Source: Vicugna vicugna
Lineage: Eukaryota
Reading direction: 5' to 3'
Length of the DNA stretch: 64,000 bases
Assembly (NCBI GenBank): GCA_013265495.1
Contig: MU058844.1
Coordinates: 10,376,184-10,440,183, forward strand
Shown here: positions 54,215 to 64,000 of the stretch, one piece after another
Numbering within the stretch: position 1 is the first letter of the stretch
Layout of the letters: the number at the start of each line of letters is the position of its first letter
Made by a program: the position numbers and the translations under genes
The notes under the pieces: model-generated
Databases searched by the model: none
Told to the model about the DNA's origin: nothing
What the model saw: the letters and a program-made list of their open reading frames with translations, nothing else

Positions 54215-56280
54215 GGACATTCTTTTTGCTATGACTCTTCACTGGCTGAACCAGCAATGTAATTAAGTCCTCAGCTAGGATAAGATGAACATGGTGAATC
54301 TACTCTGTTGAACTGAAGAGTTTTCTGGGTATAGTACCTCTATAGAGTGCTAAATGGAGTAAATCTAATTTATTGGCCATTTGTTTACCTGCTAGTCTTT
54401 ACTTTATGGATTTTCATAATGACTTCCAAATATTAGGAGTGTAGAAAACTATAGGGTTGGGAATTTAATTGTGATACTTTGTTGATTATCAAAGATTTTT
54501 TCCCCTTATGTCACAGTTTTTCCCCTTCAGCTACCCGGCTTCTCACCGACTGCGACCACAATTAAATTACTTAACTTCTGAGTCTTAGAATTTTCATCTG
54601 TAAAAGGGAGTTGTGTAAGGACTTCCTGTTTTCATTGCCTAACTCAGTGCCTTGTATGTAGTAGAAGCTCAATAAGTGGTAGTTTCTGTTAATATAATTT
54701 CTGATTCTCTTCCCTAACTTATGTCAATGCTTTCTTGTTCATCTAGTCTATTATTCTGTTTTTAGAACTTTAAATAACTATAGCTCAAAGAATACTTTTT
54801 ATCTAATGTTATATCCTGTTTTGGGAAAATGTCTCTGAAAAAGCATCCCTTTGACCAACCTACAGTATGTCAGTATACTTCCAAAAAAACACTTGCTTTC
54901 TAAAATATGTCCATTAAAAATGTTCTAGAATCAGAATTGAAGGAATCCTGGGAGTCTGAAGGAATTTTAGTTTATCTGGCCTTAACTTGACCACCCAATT
55001 TAGTCATTGTCTCTGCAGTAGTGTACCTCATAGTTTAGACATTTACATACTACTGCCATTTCTGCAATGTGCCTATGTTAATATACCTAATAGTTTTTAA
55101 ACTTAGCCTTAGCTAAGCAATAATTGTGAAATTACAGGTTCAGTAAATTAGCTGTATTATTTCTAATTGTATATTAAAATAACTACATAACCATTTTATG
55201 TACTATTTTAAATTGTATTGAATTACCTCTTAATTCATTGCCCAAAGAATCCTGATAAGATGATCTTCTAGGCTCTGAATATAACTCCCTTTCTCATTTT
55301 TTACTCTTTCTTATATATACTTGAAATAAATTGTTTTTATAGTGAAATATAGCTTCATGATAAAGAAGAATCATCATAAATACTTACTGTATATAGTTAT
55401 CTGGTAATTCTGAAAATACGGAGAATATTTGCTTATTTTACTGTTTTCATTCTGATGTTTTGAGTTCACTTGGGGAGAGGGGACTGGAAATACCACTATT
55501 TTATAATAGATGTTCACTCCTTGTTTCAGTATGATTCCTTCCTCACCTTCACCCTTGACTACTACTGATGTCTCAGAGTCCAGCACTTCTTTGGTTCAGT
55601 ATTTGTAGATTTTAAACCTTGTCCACAGGATAAGATAGTTGCCTGACTGAGGAGGGTAGGGAGTAGAGTGTCCTAACTTCCTCTTATGTAGATGTTTCAC
55701 CATTCCTCCTATTTTTGCCCACCCCTCTCCCTTGCCTTTAGGGGCTTCTGAACTTCTTCCCCAATTTCTACGTTTTTTTCCCCTTTTTTTGGTTGACATG
55801 TAGATTTCAGCTTTCTCTGACCTGTGATATCAGCAATTGTCCATTTGCTTTGTGTATTCCAAAATTTAGCTGTCATCTCATTCTTTTATCTTAATTTTTG
55901 TCAATATGTGCTAAGATCTTTTTCACATGTCTTTGTTATCACTTTAGTAGAAGAGAACTGATATTATGTATATTATTTCCCAACTAAAACCTAAGTTCCA
56001 TGAAGAGGGGATTATTTGTCTTGTTTATTGCTCTGTCCCCATTTGCTAACACAGTGCTTTGCATATCACTGTTTGGAGGAATGATGTATCCATTTGCTTG
56101 TGTGATAAGTAGCATTTTATGAAAAGCATAATTTTATTTGAGCATCCCTAAATGTGGTTATATAAATAAATGACCCTTTTTATGGTTTAGGAAACGGGAA
56201 CCTAGGAGGTAGAGGGACTTGCTTAAGGTTACATGGTAGCAGAACCTGACTGCTACCCACTTCTTTTTCCACATTTAGTC

Positions 56281-56414
56281 TTTTTTTTTTCTCTTTCTTT
56301 TTTGAGGGGGAGGTAATTCCGTTTATTCATTTATTTAGAGGGGGCATTGGGAATTGAACCCAGGACCTTGTGCATGCTAAGCATATACTCTACCACTTGA
56401 GCTATACCCTCCCC
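56281..56414 (-). mobile_element. Camelid-type tRNA-derived SINE
   Basis: ggaattgaacccaggaccttgtgcatgctaagcat...taccacttgagctataccctcccc. Confidence 0.87.
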
Positions 56415-56979
56415 ACCACTTGTTTTTAATTGAGGTCCTGGGCTTGATATTGAAGGCTGCTGGCTCTTTAAATTGCTGTAGTCAGATCAACATTGAGGTG
56501 GCTTTGTGTGCCTTCAAATTATACAGAGAAACAGTATTGCTGGGATATTGCTATTTCAGGATATGGGAAGTTTTATATAATACTAATATTGTTACTATTC
56601 GTATTGTATATGTTGTTACCAAGAACTGTGTTAATTTGTTGAAGAATTTTAGTCTTTTATCATAAGAATGCTATGTAGTTGTTTTCCCTAAGTATGGAAA
56701 AAAGGAAAATGGATTTGTACAAGCCCAAATGAGGACAGAGGAGTATTATACTCTGAAGACAACTGCAGAGAAACTGGACTCTTTAGGCAGGAGCTGGACT
56801 TTGGTTAGTGCGGGAGGGCAGGGTATAGAATGTTCTTTGAAAAGGTGAGGACGTCAGATATTTGTTATGTAGAGTATATTAAAGCCCACACAGTAACTTT
56901 TATATATGGTCTTTTGATGAAAATACAGTCACTTAATGTTACATTAAGTTCAGTCCTAGTGGCATTTCATTTTATACTC

Positions 56980-57540
56980 AGAGCAAAAGATTCCCAAACT
57001 TTCTCAATTTACCACATCCTTAGTGTGTCAGTAATTTCTTCACGATGCCCTTAGAACTAACAAATTATACCAAATAATTCCATTTACTTAGTGGTTATGT
57101 CCAAACAGCTTAAGTATTTGTCCTAACAACTTGAATGAATAATGCATATGAATTATTTAACTTTATTCTTTGAAGAAATATTTTTATTTTATTCTTGATT
57201 AACTAAAATTTTTTTCTAGTGGATATGTGTATCTCATAGTATATGACTTCTTAAAACTTGGAATCAGATTGGAACTTCTATTCTCATTTCCTATTCCATA
57301 TTGATTTTATTTTGTTTTTGGCTGGGTACAATTTTTTTAACCTTCCTTTTTTTAATTACAGAGACTTAGTTTTGCGAAGATGCAAGTGCTTTAAAGGAAT
57401 GCAGCAGGGTCTAATTTTGAAGCTGAACTACCTTGAGCAGGTGGCTTATATAGTGTTCCACAGATGTCAAATATTCTTAATTTCCCCTGGAGGAGCCTGT
57501 GAGTTCACTGTACCTTGGTGCACTGTATAGGAACCATCAT
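56980..57540. mobile_element. hAT-like DNA transposon remnant
   Basis: gattcccaaactt at the start and ggaacca at the end resemble Charlie-type TIRs; subfamily uncertain. Confidence 0.45.
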
Positions 57541-59601
57541 CCTTATTTAAGAATTATTACGGATAGAATGTGTTAACTCAAATCTATTTGAAATCTAAGA
57601 GAATTTAAAATCCTAGTTTTAATTTAAACTTCAAATAAGTTGTCTTTTCTTTACCTTGGGTTTTTAGTCTTTAAAGGAAAATATATTTTTACGAACAAAA
57701 TAACAAAAATACAAAGTTTCCTCTCTTTGCTCACAGACTTTTTAAAAGTGAATCATTGATGTAAGTAAAAGTTGTTTTTTGAAACTTTCTGGAGGGCATT
57801 GTTGCAATACCTGTTAAAGGGAATAGGAAAACAACCAAGGCATGGAGAAATGGAATTTTTGTTACCTAGTGTCGTATTTACATCTTCTATGTAAGTGATT
57901 TGGTCAATAGAAGTTGTGCTCTGAGTATTGAAGGAAGGTATGTAAATGAATACTTCATGCTTGTAATTGTTAGGTATATAATTTGATCTGAACTATGTAG
58001 TGAGAAAGGCATATTATTATCATTCTTTAAAAGCCTTTGAAAAGTAGGCTACAAAAGAGCATTTTTCAGTAAATATCAGAGTTAAGACAAAATGAACTTA
58101 TCATTTACTGTAGAAATTTTGTTTTCTCATAGAAGGCTTGTTCAGTTCTGACATGAGATCAAGAACTTTGTATCCTTTTAAAATAAACTAAAACTCAATG
58201 ATACAGGATTTTGGCAATTTAAACAAATCTTAAATTTCAATTACAAAGAAAAGAAACCACATAATAAGCACATTTGTGTGGAGGGAATGCTTTTCATTCT
58301 AAATAATAAATAACTATTGTATGTTAATGTTCATTGATTCAGATGTGTCAAATTAGAGTTATTATCTTACCATTTGCTTTCATACTAAATAGTCTAAATT
58401 TATAGAGAAGCATGGACACAAATCAAATAATAGACCAGAAATATTCCACCTATCTACTATTTAGTCTAGTGCCATCTTTCATGTAGTTAAGACCCAATGA
58501 AACATTTTAATATTGCTTTCTTTTGGCTGTACATTCTGATATCCCTTGACAGTTGAAAATAGCAGGTAACCATTTAAGAATATTTCTTTTTGCATAGCTC
58601 TAGCCTAACTCTGTGCTTCCACTTTTCCCTTTATAGATTTGCAGCCACAAAGATGATAAATTCTAAATGAGTTGGCTACTCACTGGGTGGTTTCTGAATA
58701 TCTAGGATTTAGAGTAGGTATTATATGAAAATACTGTGTTTCATGAAGGCTTTTTGGGGGAGGAAGGAGGTAAAAAATTTTGTAAAAATTTCTTGTTGAA
58801 ACTGCAGAATCAGCTGGCTTCAGAAACCAACTTTTGAACTAGTAGACATCCTGGCAATTATATAGGCCCATAAGATCTGAAAAGTCTTTTAAACTGTGTC
58901 TGTTTCTGCTTTCAGATAGTATTTGAATACTCATTCAGGGGGCTGGACATTTTGTTCATAAGATTTTCTTGCTTTCTACTTTTATGAGCTGTGACATGAA
59001 GCTAAGAACCAGCCAAAGTCTGTTAGACCTAAAACTTGCTATATCTTTCTGCCTTCTTTGAACATTAAGTATTTTGGTTCAAGGAATCTGCAGGATACAA
59101 AACTAAAAGCAGATAAGATTTGAGTGCTATACCCTAAATTGATAATTATCTCACTTAGTTCTTCCTTCTCTCCCTCTACTCTTCATTCCTCTGATACTGT
59201 TGAGCAGCTACTATATGCCAGGCACTTTGTGAGGTGCTAGTGAGTCAAAGGTAAATAGTAGTTCTTATTCTTAAGTAATGTGGGAATAATGTGCAAATTT
59301 GCCTGAAAGCAAGATCTGCCTTTGTAATATAAAATGTGAATTGATTCTAGTATAAAAACATAGCAAAAACCAAAAATAAGGACACTTTCTTGAGCCTTCA
59401 AAAACAATTTTTAAAAATCCCATGGAGTAATTTGTTTTAGTCTCAAATGAAGAGCTATTCTGTTTTTTTCTTTTTTGAGTTGTTAATCCTAGTGTAGAAA
59501 TGACTTCTATTGAATACTGCTAGCTCAATAATAGCTTGCTATAACAGATATGATGTTTTGTATTGCAGGAATGGGTTTCACTAGGATCAGCTATTATATG
59601 T

Positions 59602-59963
59602 TGTTATCTACTGAATTTTGTACACCTCTCCCAAATTCATACGTTGAAGCTCTAACGCCCAATACAACTGTATTTGGAGATAGGACCTGTAAGGAAATAT
59701 TTAAGGTTAAATGGATTGTAAGAGTGAGGCGTCCTTAGCAGAAGAGGGAGAGACCTCAGGGATGCACGTGCAGAGAAAAGGCCATATAAGGGCACAGTGA
59801 GAAGGCAGCATCTGCAGGACAGGGAGAGAGGCCTCAGTAGAAACCAGACCTGCTGATACCTTGATCTTGCACTTGGATCCTCCAGAATTATGAGAAAATA
59901 AACTGTTGTTTAAGCTACCCAGTCTGTGGTGTTTTATTGTGGCAGCCCCAACAAACTAGTACA
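59602..59963 (+). mobile_element. MaLR solo LTR (MLT1B-like)
   Basis: TG...CA ends; caaattcatacgttgaagctctaac, gtatttggagataggacct, tttaagctacccagtctgtggt. Confidence 0.85.
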
Positions 59964-60519
59964 CATGCCCTCACCAATTTTTCATATTACCTTGACATTC
60001 TCTACAACCAGAACTTACACTCAGATTTTTAATTTCTTCCAAATATGTAGGTTCCCAGGATGATAAAGCAGATTTCAAGAAATGCTAATTTTCTTTTACA
60101 TGGCCTCATCTGTTAAGCAACCATATATTGGAAGTGCCCTTGATAAGTAATAAGTGTAGTTCATTGATTAGTTATACTTTGCTCCACTCTTTATTTAAGG
60201 ATATGTTTTAAAATAATGGCATGTTATAGTTTGGCACATTTTTTTTTTTCCTCAGGACACACAAAATAATGGTGTATGTTCAATCAATGACATCCTTAAA
60301 TTCAATGAAATATATTTTTTCCTTTTATCCACTCCTCACCCCAAATTCTCCCTTGTAGTAAGTATCTCAGATAATCTGTAAATATTTATGATTTCTTAAA
60401 ATGCTGGGAAAGGAGTTGTTATGCAGTGTCCCTTGGTAAATCATTAGACTTTCTTAATCCTTCTGATAAACATTGTATAAAATGTCTGCTGTATTTCAGA
60501 CCTAGGCACCACAGAATAG

Positions 60520-60725
60520 TAAATACGGCCTAGTGGTTAAGTGCGTAGGCCCTGCAGCCAGACTGCCTGCTTCTAAATCACGGCTCCATCACTTGTTAGC
60601 TTGTGCTTACCTGCTCCCAATTTGTAAAATACAGATAATAATAGTGCCTATTTCATAGAGTTGTGTGGGTTAAAAGAGTTATGCTCTGAAAAGTACTTGG
60701 AACACTGTCTGGTGGATAGTTGCTG
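60520..60725 (+). mobile_element. MIR SINE
   Basis: ggcctagtggttaagtgcgtaggccctgcagccagactgcctg...tgtaaaatacagataataatagtgccta. Confidence 0.8.
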
Positions 60726-63603
60726 TATAGTTTTAGTGTTGCTATTGTATTTGAGTTAACATGAGTTGTGTTCTCTCTGTAAATGTTTTAAATATTCGTT
60801 AACTACCTCTGTATAATCAATAGAAGCTGAGAATTAATTAAGGGCATAAATAGAGCTTAATGTTATTTAATGAAAGTTAAACTAAAATTAACCCATTGTT
60901 TAATGATGGGTGTTATATTGGTAATTAGACAAAATTGAGATTAAATGTTTTTTTCTCTCTTTACTTCCTTTATCTAGTCATTGCCGGTACAATTTAGTTT
61001 TTCCCCCTAACTTCAGACTCTTAGATGCGTATACACATATACTCATAAGCACTCATCCAAGATCCCTATTTATCAAACCATTCCAGGATTGAGTTTCTTT
61101 AAGCTGTACCCCTGTACTCCCAGCTAATCAGTTCTCTCCTAGTTCCTTTCTCTTCGTGCCCGAGATGTGGGTATCCAAAGTATTAAAGAGCTTGGGAAGA
61201 CAGAATCTCTCGGTCATACAGGTTGGATTGCTTCCTTGGATTACTTTATGATTGCAGGCCTGGATAAGGGAAGGAGGTACAGCAAATAGGACTGAGTCCT
61301 TGAGTCCTGGGGCCAAGGGATGGGTGAGACATGGAAGATTTAGGATGAAGGGAGTGCTAAGGAAAGATCCTTGATGTATGGGGAGCATGCTAAACTCCAG
61401 TAGATGAATTAATTTACTTGTTAAGTTGTTCATTAATTTTCTGTTCAGGTGCCTGTAGTGTGCCAGCCTCTGTGCTAAGTGCTAGCTTATATTCAGGATC
61501 AATTTTATTTTGATTCATATAGACAAAACTTTTTATTTTTTGTGAGAGGAACTGTTCTTAAAACTGAAAATATATATTAGTATGAATGATTTATTTCATA
61601 AGTTTAAATTAAATTACTTTCAGATTGACTCTATGGAGGAGGGAAGGAGGTACACAGAGGACAAGGAAAGTTAAAGAGGAATGTAAAGCTTCTTGAGAGG
61701 GGCTGGACAGATGTTTCTAAGGGCAAAAGAGGACTGAGATGAATAAACTTTACACGCACAAGACCAAAAGGGGAGGTCCCCTGTAGGACCTCTACGGAGC
61801 TTTATGCTGTGCACGTGGACACCTTAGCAAAACTATGGCTCTCCACCTCTTCTTCTCTAGGATCCCTTTTCTTATAATCTTCCCTTGTTAGCAATTTCTT
61901 TTTATTAGTACTGACCATTGGTGATACTCATTATTGAAAATTCTGGCAGAGGAGACAGAGAAGCTGTTTGGTGGTTTTGTTTCTCTAAGCATGAAAGAGA
62001 TTCCAGGATAATTGCTCAGTTCCAAAGGATTCGGTGCTATCATTCCTTTTGTTCAAGTATGTATACAAATTATTCTGTCAGTGTGTTTATCCAAATATTT
62101 CTGAATTCTTGGAAAAAGCATATTGCGTTGGAGAGATCGCAACATGTGGGTGATTGCCTTCTGTTTTATAATCTTATCTCTCCCTTCCCAGAATCTCAAT
62201 AGGTGATTTGACTGTAGGAAATTCTGAGTGTGTTTATAAATAAACATTCCCACAAGAACGAGTAAGATAACTTATTTTAAAAGTTTCAAAAGGGCTTCTG
62301 GCTATAATGCTTTTAGACTTCATTTCAGACCCTCTAAATTATTAATCACTGCTTTTCATTCTTTGGGAGGAGGAATTTGAGACTGAGAGTGATCCATGTT
62401 CATTATGTGAGATAGGGAAGTTTTGCTGGTTTGGTGCTGAAGAAACAGGGCTTTACTGCATTTATATAGTGTTTCTTTAAGCATACTGTGTATGAGAGTT
62501 CTTGAAAATCCTGTGTTTCTCATTAGAATCTATAATGAAATTGACTGTGATAAAATGGGAAGTAGTTAACAGAAGTTATTTCTGTGTACAGGAGAATTTT
62601 TCAAACTATTTTTAAGCAGAAGGAATGTTTTTGAATAAAAGTGAATAAATTTGCTGTTAAAATGGTTTAAAAATTTTATAGGACAGTCTTAGGAAATATT
62701 AAATTAGAGAATTTGCATTTGTACTTAAGGTCCCATTATGTAGATATTACTGACAAGAGACCTAAGGATCCAGAACCAATACTGGATGAGGTCTCTGCCT
62801 TTGGAAACCTTAAAACCTAAGTAAGTAGATAGGATTTGCAACATGAAAGAAAGGAACAATGCTATACAGTACGTAATGAAGAACTAAAACTAATTAAAAA
62901 TGGAAAGTTCATAATCTGTTTTTACATTTGAAATAATCAGACAAGGTTTTGGTCAATAAATATTCAATAAATGGAAAGTGTCTACTACATGAGAGAATTG
63001 GATACTTGTCTGAATTAGCGTGGAGAAGTAAGGAGAAAGTGATTCCAGTGGAAACAGCATTGACCAAAGAAATCTATACTAGTACCTAACTGTGAGGATT
63101 CAATGATATAATCCTAATAAAGTATTAGAATAATGCCTAGTGCATCGTTAATATCCAGTAAAAGTTAGCTATTGCTATTATTATTAGCATGCACATCTGA
63201 GTGTTCTTTGATGGGAGTTATAATAATGTTAAAACATTTACTAAGTTGCTTTTTGCATCACTGTTCTTAGCTTTTTGCATATGTTATTTCCTTTAATCTT
63301 TACAATTTTATGGGACATAATTATTGATGTTATCCCTATTTACAGATGGAAAGAAAAAACTGAAGCATAGAGCAGATAAGTATGTTGCCCAAACATCTTA
63401 AGAAGTTCAAGAATTAACATAGGATTAGATTGAGTCATTGGGTGTAGCTGAAGAAAGGCAGTGAGTATTAGATTGTTTAAATCTGATAATAGTTGAAAGC
63501 CAAATATAGCTATATTAGGTTATTTGTTTCCTTTGATTATCCATTTCTTCTCTAGGAGTATAAGCAATAATCTGTGGGCTACTGAGCTTAAAGTGTGATG
63601 TTT

Positions 63604-64000
63604 ATAGCCAAGATATGGAAACAACCTAAATGTCCATCAACAGATGACTGGATAAAAAAGTTATGGTATATTTATACAATGGAATACTACTCAGCCATAA
63701 AAAACAATAAAATAATGCCATTTGCAGCAACAAGCAACATGGATGGACCTGGAGATCATCATTCTAAGTGAAGTAAGCCAGAAAGAGAAAGAAAAATACC
63801 ATATATGTGGAATCTAAAAAACAAACAAACAAACAAAAAGGCAAACTTACTTATAAAACAGAAATAGACTCACAGACATAGAAAACAAACTTATGGTTAC
63901 CAGGCAGGGAAGGAGGTGGAAAGGGATAAATTGGGAGTTCGAGATTTGCAGATACAAACTACTTATATAAAATAAATAAACAACAAGTTCTTACAGAATA
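63604..64000 (+). mobile_element. Young L1 3' fragment, cut by the window edge
   Basis: Closely similar to 1316-1859: atagccaagatatggaaacaacctaaatgtccatcaacagatgactggataaa. Confidence 0.92.

Larger units (their letters stand above)
16015..64000 (+). other. PAWR: PAWR intron following exon 2 (runs past the window end)
   Basis: AT-rich and repeat-rich. No sequence encoding the expected continuation (CLDEYEDDEAGQ...) seen by eye or in the ORF track. Confidence 0.75.

Overview
Mammalian genomic DNA, probably a camelid (alpaca/llama/camel), judged from its tRNA-derived SINEs and young L1 3' ends. The only gene I can support is the 5' part of PAWR (Par-4) on the + strand. It has a CpG-island promoter (~14.4-16.1 kb), a non-coding exon 1 ending at 14854, and exon 2 (15353-16014) carrying the ATG at 15502 and the first 171 codons. 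The remaining ~48 kb appears to be the long intron after exon 2; I did not find the next coding exon (expected to start CLDEYEDDEAG). The rest is interspersed repeat: a near full-length decayed Tigger1, MLT1 solo LTRs, old and young L1 fragments, a HAL1-like element, MIR/L2, hAT MITEs and five SINEs. Repeat subfamily names are from memory of consensus sequences, not from a database search. I see no convincing new biological system. The best leads are two identical 44-nt L1 micro-insertions with nearly the same truncation point, a triplicated target site inside Tigger1, an altered Par-4 caspase site (EERD/G), and splice and regulatory features around the promoter.
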